Shown: piece by piece, positions 1 to 13,091 of the stretch
Numbering within the stretch: the stretch's first letter is position 1
Layout: each line of letters starts with the position of its first letter
Source: Lytechinus pictus
Taxonomy: Eukaryota
Direction: 5' to 3'
Assembly (NCBI RefSeq): GCF_037042905.1
Contig: NC_087250.1
Location: 19,904,001-19,968,000 of the forward strand
Length of the DNA: 64,000 nucleotides
Made by a program: the position numbers and the translations under genes
The notes under the pieces: generated by a model
Seen by the model: only the letters and a program-made list of their open reading frames with translations
Database searches by the model: none
What the model was told of the DNA's origin: nothing

Positions 1-244
1 TCGATAAAAAAAATTTAGCGGCGGATTTATCGTGAAACATGACGAGGGGAAGGCTGAATCAGCTCCCAATTTTAGGGTTAAACCTCAATCTTTTTTATGA
101 CATTTATTCATCTCGAGGAGAAAAACACTTATGTAAATTGATAGCTAAAAGAGCATGGATAAGCGAGAGAGCAATGTCACTTTATTGTATTCATAAAGCA
201 ATACTTTATTAGATAATCGATTACAAAATATAGGATATATGGGA

Positions 245-423
245 GGTGCCGTGGCCGAGTGGTCTAAGGCGCCTGGCTATACATGGAAAGTCCGGAGTTC
301 GATCCCCGGCTGCGGCACCTATGCCCGTGAGCAAGGCATTTAATCTAAAATGCTCTTTTATCCTGCTTTCAAATAAATGGAAATGCTATATGCATTATTG
401 GTAACTAGGTGTGCACTTAAAAA
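245..423 (+). mobile_element. tRNA-derived SINE (tRNA-like head 245-319)
   Basis: A-box TGGCCGAGTGG, B-box GGAGTTCGATCCC and acceptor-like stem GGTGCCG/CGGCACC. The anticodon arm is non-canonical, and a non-tRNA body with an A-rich end follows. Confidence 0.75.
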
Positions 424-771
424 GGATACTAATTTTCTACTTTTTTATTGGTGCTATATTTTTTACAATTTTTTCTTTCTTTTTTTACCTACAAATATTC
501 ATTTTATATTTAAATAATACTTTTGGGACTACAACAAATGAATTAAGCAATTTTTAAAAGGAAAACAGTTATTAAAGAGAAACTAACCTGTTAAATTATG
601 TGCTTTTATACAGATATACATTAAACATACAATATGTAAATTGTGATAGATCAACAGGAATTTAAGTCTATATCCAGTCCAAATTTATATTTTTGTCGAG
701 ACACCTGCTCAGTCTGGACGGTGTCTCCAATGTTTGACGTACTGATGAGTCTAATATCTAATATCATGATT

Positions 772-3405
772 CCGGGACCTGCGAAGCGGGGGTGCTGGGG
801 GTGCTGAAGCACCCCCAGAAATTATCCTGGGGGTGCCGCGTGTATTATTTTCCATAGGCAGCACCCCCACGAAATCAGGTTCCCCCCTGTATTTTTTAAA
901 ATATGTTATAATGTACATAATTATCACATCAGACAATCGCAAATCATTTACATAGTCTTTCACATATTCCAATAACATCCCTCCTATAACGCGACTCAAT
1001 CAAGCTCCAGCGGGGCAGCACTCCGATACAGACGTGGTCGCGCGCAATACGTGATACACACTGGGGTGGTTGGACTTGAAACTTCCAGGTTTAATGTCGA
1101 ATCAAGTGATAGAAATCAAATTTCACAGTCTTTTTCGCCCTGCCCCATGGCCCTATGGGCTGGGAAGCGGGGGTGCTGGGGGTAAAATCACCCTCTTTCA
1201 GATCGGAATATCAAATGTTTTCTGCTCGCGCTTTGCGCTCGCATAAATTGATTTTTATCATAAAAAATGTATTTAGAATGCCCAGATCCTAGGTCCAACT
1301 CTAAACACGCGCACGCATATTTAATAGGTGGGCTGATGCTGTCACATCCCCACTATCCTAGCTGTTCCTTGTGGAATCAAAATTGTTTCATTTTTTTCAT
1401 ACCAGAATGAATGATATGTCTCCCTTATTTTTTTTTTCTTTTCCTCGTTCAGAGGTACTTTATTCTTCATATTCCTTTCTCATTTTAACAATTTCTTTCG
1501 AGGCACAGTGCGTGTAGAGTTACAAAACAAGTTACATATAAACATGTTATAGACATCAACAATTTAATCTAAAATGTGATAAAGATGAAATTTCTCTATA
1601 GGGTTAAAGCTCTTTGAACATTTGAATTAAATGAACATTGGATTTAAATCGCCATTTTACATAAAAAAGTATCTCTTTCTTGAACTCATACCAAATTGAA
1701 TATATATTAAAAGCTCTTCCTTGCCTCTTATACATGACATAAGATTTGAATATTGCATACTGTGCAAATATCATAAACAAGTTAACCAACGTAAACTTGC
1801 GATTGTGAATTTTGTATCCAATGAACAACGTCGTTTCGTTAATAGGAATTGCAATTTTAAACATAAATTGCAGAGAATTCTTTATCTTTATCCAAAAATT
1901 GGCAACAGGATTACATTCTAACATAATATGAACAAAAGTTTCTTCTGCTTCACAGAACATACAAGATGTGTCATTAGCTAATTTCCAACGACATAAATTG
2001 AATTTAAAGGGTAATAAATTGTGAAGCATTTTCAAGTTGTATTGTCGAATCTTGTTATACTTTAAATACTTTAGTTTGAAATTAAAAACATTTTGCCAAT
2101 CAAAGTTTACTGGTAATTCTAATTTAGATTGCCAGTATTGTATAATGTGTGGATCGGACTTTTTTTTGGTTACAAGTAAAACATAAAAATCTTTTGATTT
2201 CATGTTCTTTAAGTTTACAATATCTCCTCCACTAATTTCAAAAAGATCTTCTGGAAGCTTTGAAGATAAGGTGTCACATTTGTCAGTCCATTCAGCCGGG
2301 ACAGCTCTTTTTAGCTTTGAATATTCAAACTCGACTAAAAGTGATTTACATATGTCTCCCTTATAATGAAATAAGTTGCAGCAAAGAATATCTAATGGAA
2401 TAAATCAGTTGTCAATTCAACTGTTTTGGTTCTTGAAAGGAAAATATTAAATAAACATAATTTTATATAATAAAATACAAAAGAACAAGTGGGGAATAAT
2501 GCTAATCTTTAAAATGCAATAATTGTGATTCCTTGTCTGATTTTGATCAAATCTTTATTCTTATGATCGTCTGAGTTTTCTTTATCTGTTTAAACCATTT
2601 TACATTCTGTGTGGAGTTTCAGATCAGAATATCAACAATTTTCTGCTCGCGCTTCGCGCTCACATTATTAATTTAAGAATATATCCAACTTACCCATCAT
2701 TTTCTTGATTTACAAAACATGAATAGAATGTCCCGTTTTCAGGTCTGAAATCTCAATTTTGTTTCCGCTCGCGCTTTACGCTCGCATCAATTGTATAGTT
2801 ATATACCTATCCTGTTCATGATTAGAAAAGTGCATAAGAATGATGTCTCGTTTTTAGATTTGAAATCTCATTTTTATTTCCGCTCGCATCAATTGTATAG
2901 TTTTATACCTATCCTTATCATGATTAGAAAAGTACTTAGAATCTCTCGTTTTTTTGGTCTGAAATCTTAATTTTGTTTCAGCTCGCGCTTCGCGCTCGCA
3001 TCAATTGTAAATACACCTATCCTGCTCATAATTAAAAAACGTGCTTAGAATGTCCAGTATTTAGGTCGGAATGTCAAATTTTTCAGCTCGCGCTTCGCGC
3101 TCGCATTATTTGATTGTTGATATATGTATCGTCTTCATGGGTAACTGCAAAACAGTCCTTATAACACGTCCCTTTCGATCAGGCCAGAGCGTATATAAAA
3201 AAATATCTGCTCGCGCTCACAATTATTATTTGTTACATACGCATCTTTGACCACAAACATTGCTCAAAATGTTTAATTTTCATGGCAAAATACATGAAAT
3301 TTCCACAAAAAATAGCTCGCGCTTCGCGATCGAATTATCTAATTATATATTTATGTTTTTTTATAAAAAGAAAGCCAAGAAGTGACTGTCATATGTATGT
3401 ATATT

Positions 3406-3441
<36 letters not shown>

Positions 3442-3547
3442 GTATGTGTGTGTGTGTAATTATGTTAAACTCAATTGTGTCTGCCCCCCCTCACCTCTGA
3501 GGAGAGATTTCAGCACCCCCACTGAAAAAATCGTTCCCAGGTCCCTG
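772..3547. mobile_element. Non-autonomous hAT-like DNA transposon with nested insertions
   Basis: Imperfect TIRs CCGGGACCTGCGAA / reverse complement CAGGGACCTGGGAA. 8-bp TSD TCATGATT at 764-771 and 3548-3555. Internal degenerate repeats with core GCTCGCGCTTCGCGCTCGCAT at about 2640-3340. Confidence 0.8.
1429..2349 (-). mobile_element. 5'-truncated L1/Tx1-type LINE (ORF2 C-terminal zinc-binding region, 3' UTR, poly-A)
   Basis: ORF 1604-2203 has CxxC...HxxxxC (SCMFCEAEETFVHIMLEC). The poly-T on + at about 1428-1437 is the poly-A tail. 15-bp TSD ATATGTCTCCCTTAT at 1414-1428 and 2350-2364. Confidence 0.88.
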
Positions 3548-4392
3548 TCATGATTTCCCTGAAATCACTAGATATTTCATTATCTTATAGATGGGTAAAA
3601 TATAAGGGAGTCATCATTGTCTCTCTTCGTTTCCTCACATCTTTCAGCCCCTCATCGATTTTTCAGCCTTTTGTATCTTACGATGGATACCTCTGAGTGC
3701 TCAATATTGTAGATAAAACATGATTATAAATGAAGAGGTGAAGGGGAAGGTGCATGGGGGGGGGGGGGGAGTTGCAGCGGAGGAAGACAAAATATGACGT
3801 CATTATTATTTCATATTCTATTATTGTTCTATTTTTGGCATATAAAACATAATTACAAGTAAAGAGGTGAAGGGGAGGAAAGCGGCGCGAAATAAAAATA
3901 CGACATCATCATTATTGTTATTTTTATTATTATTATTGCTATTATTATCATGATTATTTATTTTTATTGTTATTTTATTATTATTATTATTGTCCTAATT
4001 ATCATTTTTATTATTAATATCATCATTACACTGTATTATAATTATTTCTATTATTATTATTATGATTATTAGTTACTCAAACATGATTAAAGGGGTGAAG
4101 GGGACGGTGGAGACAGAGGCGCAAAATAAAATTGGAATTATAATTATTATCATTATTATTTTTAATATTATTATTATTATTTTAGAAATAAATAGTTTAA
4201 AAGACCTACACCACTATCTCGCTTTATTGACACGACATTTGCTCCGGTGTTACTGTTACCATAGTAACATTGCTTCTCAGCCAATCAAAAACAAGGAAAG
4301 GTGTCAGATATGGCAACTTGTCACACAAAGTGATGAAACGCTCTATAAGAGTTTTTGGTTCACAGCAATATAGGCCCAAAGCAACAATTGCC

Positions 4393-4814
4393 CCCGGGTG
4401 GGGCCAGTCAAATATTCTGCTGTACACACGCGTGATCAAGTTCCAAACACACCCGAAACGAGTTTTTCTCTTTGTGCAAAATAACCCCTAAACAGGTTTT
4501 TCGCGGGCTTTATTTACACATTTTGGCCCCTAAACAAGTTGTCGCCAAAATATGACCTCAGAGGAAAAGCTTGGGGAAAACATAACCTAAACACGTTTGG
4601 CTAGTCTTTAAAAAAGCTATGAGGGGGGGGGGGGGGGACATGCCCTAAATACATTTGACCCCGCGATTGACCATTGACCAGTTTTTCAAAACCACCCTTT
4701 TCTCGAAAATCCACGCGCGGACTGCGTCTATATAGAACTGAAAAAAAAAAAACACTCACGCGGTTTTTTTTTTATCACGCGTGTGTACAGCAATACATGC
4801 ATGCCCCCCCCCGG
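4393..4814. mobile_element. MITE with CCCGGG-type termini
   Basis: Subterminal inverted repeat GCTGTACACACGCGTGAT / ATCACGCGTGTGTACAGC. 8-bp TSD CAATTGCC. Same structural type as 52444-53117. Confidence 0.7.
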
Positions 4815-6057
4815 CAATTGCCATGGAACCGTTTTATCAATATCCCCCAATCCAATTGTTTTACAATGTCATGAATGTGGAGGAGATCAATATCCTTAAC
4901 CCTAAATAGACTGGGCTATTTCGACGCCTAAGAAGACGGGGGGGGTGCTGATCTTTTAATTGATCTATCTTATTCGTCTCCTCTCACATCTTGCAGCCCC
5001 TCATCCATAAAACCCTTTGTATAATGTCTCTCATGCACGTATGACCTTCTGCAGTGGCGTATATATGCAGGGGGGGGGGGGTTCAACCCCCCTTAAATTT
5101 TGTTGATACCCAACCCCCTTAATTTTGTTTATTTTTTTATTTTGCTAGTCAAATTTTTATGACGTGCGAAACGACGTAAAATTTGTGGTGAAGACCCTCT
5201 TTTTTTTTGGGGGGGGGGTAGGAAACGACCTAAAATTGGTGGTGAAGACCTTTTTTAGGTTGTCAACATTTCCTTCAGCTTTAACCCCCCCCCCCCTAAA
5301 AATTACTGACATTCTGTTCCTTCCATCTCTACTTTGAATGATCATTTGTGGTAAAATGAAAATAATCATACCCAATTACTTGCTACATAATGTACGGAAT
5401 TTGCCGATTTTTCCTTCGGATTTTTTTTCTTCGCAAATACCTTAATACGGCAGCGCAGCCTCTTCTTTCCAATTTATTCTGCAGAATTCTGTGACGAAAC
5501 CTTCGGCTTTGCACCTCTGAAAAGTTGTTCCGGAGTTGGCGAATCAATGATTTTGTACCTGTATGGCTGATCTGGTGAGTTGATCCTCATGTAAATTAAT
5601 CAAGGCTTAACGAACTGTTACTTAAAAAAACAGACAAAAGCTGTGTTTCACTTTTTAAACTTCAAGGAAGTTGCGCCGCGGAGTTACTCAGCTCGGAACT
5701 CCGCTCAGCTCAGCACCGCCCCCGACCAAGTCGGCGCGCGCCGGGGCGCACCCCGACGTCAGCCGGTGCAGGTTTTCTTGAATTGTGTCGGTGCTAATGC
5801 AGTTTCGCATTGGCCCCGTCTTGCCTTGTCTTGCTCTGCTTGGCCTTGGGTTCAGTCGGCATATGCAGACTTGCTGTACTCCGCCAACCTGGAGATTAAT
5901 GTCATATAGACTTTGAGGCGTTCAACTTCAAGTGCAAGTGCAGTACAACTTCATGAACTTAAGACAAGATATCAGTTATCACACTCACACAGTCACAGAC
6001 GTGCTTAATGATGGAGCCAGGGACAAGATGCCATTACATTATCGACTACGTAGCCAG

Positions 6058-9000
6058 GGGCCTGTTGCATGAAAGGGTCTTTCGTAGAACCATTCTACGT
6101 AAGAACGAGATATCGCTCAACTGTTTCACAAAGCCGATTTGGGCGATACGAAGAATGGTCCTTGGATTTGGAAAGACACCTCCAGACATGTCCTACGTCA
6201 ATCTAGGCGACACCCCAATACTTACCCGTGCTAATAAACTGGGACTCCACTCACACGCATTTGGGCCGCCCTAGCTTAGAACTAAGCAATATTATCTAGA
6301 AATTGTTACATTGTAGTCATTAAATATGTTCTATTAAATAAATTGATAATGTTTAATCGGTACTCACAGGTTCTTTTGTTGCATTTTCAGACCATTTCTC
6401 ACAATTCTTCGTAAATATTTGCGGCAAATTTTGTCGCCATAGACAGCTTAGCATCCATCTTTATTGATAAATGGAGCGCCCTTTACGATAGTTGTTAATG
6501 CCGCGGAGAAATCGTTAGGCATTTTGGCCTGTGTTCAAGGCGTTCTTTCTGTTTTATTTTTTATATTGAAGATTGTGCATTTGTTGAATAGTGCCGTCTA
6601 CGTCAGGTATGAGATCGAGTGTATAAATACACTCTTCCAAAATAATTATGATTCCGACCTGGCGCTGTTTAACTTCAATCTCTTTCACCTAAATTAGCGA
6701 TGAATGCTAGCATTATAAAATATATATTATTAACGTCTGACGAAAAGAATAACCAACCGATCAGCTGACGAGAACGCGAATCACGTGATCTTCATATCAG
6801 CTTCGATCGCGAGTCAGAAGAGAAGAGCAGCTGCCCAGAAAATCAGGAAAAAGCCGTGAAAATGTAAGTTCCCCTTCATTTCTTTCATTTTTTGTTGTTG
6901 CTAACGATGCATTTACACTATAAAATTATAATTTAAATAAGAGAAAGGAATATAGCTTGTACTTGTGATATAATATATAAATATCCTGTTCTCAGAGATT
7001 TCTAACCAAAAATACTACTGATGTCGCCTATGAGGTCCATACATGTAATGTTGGACCTCATTGGTACTAGGAGTGTCCTACGTAGGCATGATCTTCTTTG
7101 CACACCGCCCGCCACCGTCGGCATTGAGAGAAAATGCGCTTACGGCAAGCCATGCACACTGACATATCACCTTTAAACATTTTTTGGGGTTGCACACTGA
7201 TGCATTTTATCTGGGATGGCGCCAAGTTATTTTTTATATGGGGGCTAGCTAGTTGTCATCAATTTCAGGTAGTCTTTTTGCACGGCAAGACGACCAAAAA
7301 CAGATGTCATTTTAACTTCTCCGGGCATTATGTCCGGGGGTAATGTAGGCCCAAATATTTTTTCTTTTATTCTCCGTCCTATCCCCACACCATTTCCATT
7401 AATTTTTTTGAAATATCGAAATGGGCGGCACTATCTCTTCGACCCCTCATGCTTTCTCATTATAGATAATTAAACAACATGAAAACAAATTTCTTTAAAA
7501 GAAATTATGTAAAGTAAAAAACGTGTTTATAACGTTCGGCAAAAAAAAAATACAAAACTAAAATGTTAAACATGGTAAATCATTCATTTATTTTTATTTC
7601 ATTTTCATTATAATCATTGCTTTTTTGCTGAGATTGATATTAATCAATGAAAATTAATTGTCGGATTTTTAATTGGGCTAACTTGAGATGTGAAACAGTG
7701 AAACAAAACAAAAAAACTGCAGTAACAAAATAGCTAATTGAATTTAAGATACAGATTAGGAGTATAGCTTTATTATGAATCCATCACAATTATTACAAAT
7801 GAAGATAAGCTAGCTAGTTTATTAAAGAAAAAAAATATGGAAAGTCCATACGAAGAGGCGCATTTTAAATTGTAGGGTACATATAGGCCCCTCTCGGCCC
7901 CTATAAATGTTAAAGCTTCTCTACTCCTCAACTTTGAAATGTTAAAGGTCAAGTCCACCCCAGAAAAATGTTGATTTGAAACAATAGAGAAAAATCCAAC
8001 AAGCATAACACTGAAAATTTCATCAAAATCGGATGTAAAATAAGAAAGTTATGGCATTTTAAAGTTTCGCTTATTTTTCACAAAATAGTTATATGAACAA
8101 GTCAGCAACATGCAAATGAGAGAGTCGATGATGTCCCTCACTCACTGTTTCTATTGTTTTTTATTGTTTGAATTACACAATATTTCAATTTTTAAAAATT
8201 TGACAATAGGGATCAACTTGATTGAATCACAAAATGCTAAAACAATGGTACTTCCACATGTTCAGAGAGGAACAAAACTTTCTTTCACATGACAAAAAGG
8301 GGAAAATTAGAATAATTCATATTTCATTCAATAAAATACAAAAGAAATAGTGAGTGGATGACATCATCAGTTCCCTCATTTGCATACAGACCAGGATGTG
8401 CATATAACAATTTTGTGAAATTAAGCAAAATTTAAAAATGTCATAACTTTCTTATTTTACATCCGATTTTGATGAAATCTTCAGCGTTGTGCTTGTTGGA
8501 TTTTTCTCTTTTTATTCAAAACAACTTTTTGTTGGGGTGGACTTGTCCTTTAAATATATATTGTTTATATTCTTAAAACTTATATTCTTATATAAGCTTC
8601 CATAAATTAAGTAATCAACTTTAAAGATGACCAACGTTTATGATCATTGTAATATTTAGCATTATTTCTGTAAATAGTATTTTTTCCATTGCGGATTGCA
8701 CACCCTTTTCTATGTTTTAGTTTAGTTAGTTTAGTTTACTCCAACGATGTTGTATATAGGACTAAGCCTGATCATCGATCAAAGTAGAATGTCTATTGCT
8801 GCTCTCCTTCAGACAAAATTAGGTGTGCTACTTATGTTGGCAGGGAGGGGTGGCAGGGGGTATTTTTTTAAATTGTTATTGCAAAGCACTACTTTATCCA
8901 CTTAGACATGTTTGCAGCAATTTTCATATATTCCTTGTCTTCGGTTACTCATCATGCAATTGAGGTATGTTTGTACTCTAAACACTCACATTTGTATTTC

Positions 9001-9692
9001 TTGCGTTTTATCTGACAAATAAAATAAATAAATTAGATTTTTCACAGGCAGCCTCTCATATTTTCCTTTTTAGTCTCATACAATCAGACACTGTTGATTT
9101 TGTTCACTCCATTCAAACCCTATTTTTACCTCAACAGATAACATATTAACGCATAATTTGCAAAATTATCATTATATATATGTATTCTATAAAAAATCAG
9201 TATATTGAACTAATAATATGTCGAAATTACTTTGTTAAATCAATTTTTATGTCGGACAAGGGTCTCTTTCGTTGAAATATCAATGAAAGGTGTCTCTAAA
9301 AGGACACCGTGTTCTAAATAAGGGAAATAATGAAAATTTCGATTTTATCCAGTTATGTTTGTGAATCTTGAAAGTTTTTTCTCTTTTTACCTCATAAAGT
9401 ACGCTCCATACATCAATTCTACAATCAGTAATAAATAAAACATTATTTGATTCCCTTTTATTGAAATATATGATTTTATGAAAAGTCGTCATTCCGAAAT
9501 AAAAGGTTCAGGTGACGATGAAGACTAATAAATATTTTTCCGATACTATCGATATCAAACGATGTCGCGGACTTGAAAGACAAAATTGCCTTCGTGAAAC
9601 GGAAAGCGCTGATTTGTCGCCAATCTTCCTATCTCGGAAGAATGGTCCTAGGACGTTCCTACGTATCGCTCATCTCGTCATGCAACAGGCCC
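6058..9692. mobile_element. Non-autonomous PIF/Harbinger-like element, about 3.6 kb
   Basis: TIR GGGCCTGTTGCATGA / TCATGCAACAGGCCC. 3-bp TSD CAG. The subterminal motif GAAGAATGGTCCT occurs at both ends. No intact transposase ORF. Confidence 0.8.
7946..8549. mobile_element. Kolobok-like MITE nested in the Harbinger-like element
   Basis: TTAA TSD and TIR AGGTCAAGTCCACCCC / GGGGTGGACTTGTCCT. Related copies at 29665-30242 and a fragment at 11417-11510. Confidence 0.8.
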
Positions 9693-10000
9693 CAGGAGGC
9701 TTCTAGAGAGTAAAAATCATTTACTAACGTAGGCTTACTCTCAATGAAGCCAGGTCTTCCTTCTCATTCACCTACACGAAGGACCACAAAACCTGAATTT
9801 CTGAAACTTTCACCCCCAAGATTTCTACTTTCCTTCTAAAAAATCTAGCCCTAGAGCCTAAATCATGTACATGGGATAAAACTTCATTTCCGACATTTCT
9901 ACGCTCTCGTTGTTAATTTTAAACAAGAATTCATCAAAAAATGAGAAAAATATTGTGAAAAGACGGAAGAGACTTGCCCGATGTTTACGCCGCCATCTTG

Positions 10001-10069
10001 TTTCCTATTGTTCTTCGCCAACGTTACGCAATGCACGCGTCTGTAACGTTGGCGAAGAACAATAGGAAA
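10001..10069. repeat. Perfect 27-bp inverted repeat (hairpin)
   Basis: TTTCCTATTGTTCTTCGCCAACGTTAC, a 15-nt loop, then GTAACGTTGGCGAAGAACAATAGGAAA. Confidence 0.9.
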
Positions 10070-10301
10070 ATAAACTTAAAGGGGAAAAAAAAGTGACTTC
10101 GGCTGTCGCGCAACTTCACTTCCCTGTTTTATCTGAACTTAATACATAAACATATATGGCCGTGGCATTTAGTCCCTTTACAGATCGAGCTAGAACTTCG
10201 GTCTCTGTATTTGGTGAGTGGAGGCAACAGAGTTCAGCGGAACAGCCAACATAACAGAGACCGAAGCTTTTGGTCTAATTTACCCCCTGCACGTACTAAT
10301 G

Positions 10302-10745
10302 TAGACAGCTGGCAGCCGTCTGTTTCAAGGAGTTTTTTAACATTTTAATTTTTTTTTTATTTCTCCTCGTACACAGACGGCTCGCTATTGTGCAGCCACC
10401 ATTAGGGGGTTAACAATGCAAAATCCCCCCGACGGGGCTCATCAATTTTTTTCTTTATTTCATAAAAATATATAAAAAAACTACCAAAATAAAGATTATT
10501 ATTCCATTTTGGCCTGAAATGCACCAAAACTGGAAAAAATACACTAAGGGGGAAAAACAGTTAATTCAGCTGTCGCGCAACTCCCACTTCCCTGGTTGAT
10601 CCGAACTTAATACATAAACATATGGCCATTGAGTCCCTGTACAGATCGAGCTACAAAGTACAACTTCGGTCTCTGTATTTGATGAGTGGAGCCAACGGAG
10701 TTCAGCGGAACAACCAACATAACAGAGACCGAAACTTTTGGTCTA
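10302..10745. mobile_element. MITE with TAGAC...GTCTA ends and 9-bp TSD
   Basis: TSD GTACTAATG on both sides. Second copy at 23705-24089 and a partial copy at about 10070-10277. Confidence 0.8.
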
Positions 10746-11325
10746 GTACTAATGGTGCATGTATTTATTCATATTAATCAAGAAAAAATGAGAATAATTG
10801 ATTGTCGCCATCTTGCCGTCTTTGTTATCGTAGCCTAGCTACAAGATGCATATAGAGGGCAACAATATCATGAGCAGTGCCAAGGTCTTAGATAAAAAAT
10901 ACTTGCATCAGCCGATAAATATCATGAATCGTAAAATACTTGCATCGGCCGATAAATATGATCATGAATTGACTTCGTTAACATTTGTTCCGCAAAATGC
11001 GCCAATTACTCCGCTGACGTTTGCTCCATAAAATGCGACAAATGCTCCACACACATGGCCGATGAAATTTGGATCTGGAATGCTTATTTTGCTAATTTCT
11101 CAGCTCTCGCACATTTTTTTCGAGAGCCATTTGGCACATATTTTCTATTTATACATAAATGGGTGATCATTTTATTGGATTCTATTCAAACTCATTTTGA
11201 GATTGTTACCACAACTGGTTTTTATCTTAAAATATATTTTCCACCACAGGTACTGGTACTACTCTTGATATTTCCCATCCCAATGAAGTGTTATAAGATG
11301 ATGAAAGGAGGGAATTATCAATGGA

Positions 11326-11380
11326 ATGGCAGAGAATTTTAAAAGGAGGTTCAGCTTCAGACACCTAAGTTTCAGGAAGG
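11326..11380 (+). CDS. SH3-domain gene, coding exon 1 (MAENFKRRFSFRHLSFRK)
   Basis: Acceptor ccacag|11250, ATG at 11326, donor G|gtaag in phase 1, compatible with all downstream exons. Confidence 0.65.
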
Positions 11381-11716
11381 GTAAGAATTTTCAAAAGAAA
11401 ACAATTCACAGCTTAAAGGACAAGTCCACCCCAACCAAAAGTTGATTTGAATCAAAAGAGAAACATCCAACAAACATAACACTGAAAATTTCATCAAAAT
11501 CGGATGTAAAAGTATTAACAAACGCGCGCACCATACGCGTCAGAAATAATTTCATTTCGTCAAAACGTTGCAACATCCTTCTAAAGGGAACTTGAATGGC
11601 AGGATTATGAAAAATGGTCAGAAACACATTTTCCAAGTCTCTATATTCTCAAAATAATAAAATATGGTAAAAATAACTCATGAGTAATTTTGTTGTTTTC
11701 TCAACTTTTCCCACAG

Positions 11717-11731
11717 GAAACAAACGTCATG
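11717..11731 (+). CDS. SH3-domain gene, 15-nt microexon (GNKRH)
   Basis: Acceptor ttttcccacag and donor gtaata. Symmetric phase 1-1 with an open frame. Confidence 0.5.
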
Positions 11732-12628
11732 GTAATACGATAGCATTTTCAAGTGGCCCAAATATTTCACGTGGGGTTCGATCGGAGGCTGATTTCGAAA
11801 AAAATTAAGATAAACATATTTGTGTACATGAATGGTGGAAGTTTTATTGAATTTTGTGAGAATATTGTGTTTGATATGATTGAATCTATGAAGTGTTTGG
11901 TAATACGATCCACTACCCGACATCTCCAGTCCAGTAAAATATGATATAGATTTATTAACCATTTGCACATTATAAATGTTGCAAAATTTCACACAGTTGT
12001 TTAGTTGAATTAAAGTGCTTTTCTCCATCATAATTGTACCAGCGAAGCTCATATTAACTCTTCAGTATTATGTATCAATGATACGATGAGGACGGCAAAG
12101 TTCAAAGAAAAACTTGAAAGAACAATATTTATCCCTTTGGAAATAATTGAGCATGCAAAGATTTTTAAAACAATGGAAGAACTCATGGAATGTCTTATAG
12201 AATAGGGACAGTATGAACCACCAGAGACAACAATTATCGTACAAATTCAAAGGAAAGATTTTTTTCATATGAAGATTGAGCTGTATACATTGATTGAACT
12301 TGAACTTGTGGGATAAGAGGGTAATTATAGCGAACACTTTGTATCCTCAGGCAAAAAGCACTATATAAACCCAGCAATTATTTTTATTGTTTTGACAAGA
12401 ATAAGGAATTCAAGTAACATGATTCATAATGGAATGGAAATTAGAGTAAGTTTTTATTAATTTTCCACTCTTTTCCACAGCCAAAAATTAATCTCACTGA
12501 CCAAAGTGAATTCCCATAGAAATATGCCCTATGTCCAAAAAAAAATAAAAATTAAGGTACCTTTAAAATTCCTGTGGCTCACTGGGAATGAAAATAGTAT
12601 TCTAATAATTTTCCACTCTTTTTCACAG

Positions 12629-12784
12629 CAAAAAAGCAACCTGATCGACCCAAATCAATTCATGTCACAGAACCCCAAGCAGAGTTGAGAAGAACAACTT
12701 CATCTAGGCAACCGAAGACATCAGGGGATACTGCACGTGCATCGAATTTGAAGAGATTAGCTCCCAAGAAGCCTTCCTCCCCAG
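12629..12784 (+). CDS. SH3-domain gene, repeat exon A (KKQPDRPKSIHVTE...KRLAPKKPSSP)
   Basis: tttcacag / gtaatg, 156 nt, phase 1-1, homologous to the exons at 15754, 18867 and 19516. Confidence 0.85.
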
Positions 12785-12825
12785 GTAATGTCATAGCGCC
12801 CTCCCTCAGAGGATATATGAATATA

Positions 12826-13091
12826 ATAATATAGGGTATTTATATTGCGCACATATCCACCTTGTTAGGTGCTCAAGGTGCTCCTATATAACCCGGTTAA
12901 GCTAGGTGTTCATAGCGCACACAGCTTTTTAAGGAATTACTTCCTACCGGTACCCAATTACCTCACCTGGGTTGAGTGCAGCACACTGTGAATCAGTTTC
13001 TTGCTGAAGGAAATTACGCCATGGCTGGGATTCGAACCCACAACCCTCTGTTTCAAAGTCCGAAGACTAATCCACTGGGCCACAACGCTCC
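12826..13091 (-). mobile_element. tRNA-derived SINE with L2-like 3' tail
   Basis: On the minus strand: A-box TGGCCCAGTGG, B-box GGTTCGAATCC, core CTCAACCCAGGTGAGG, tail GCACCTTGAGCAC...GTGGATATGTGCGCAATATAAAT. A related degenerate copy lies at about 45940-46138. Confidence 0.85.

Noticed and set aside
245..319. Functional tRNA gene
   Set aside because: The anticodon arm does not fold canonically and the sequence continues into a SINE-like body and A-rich tail.
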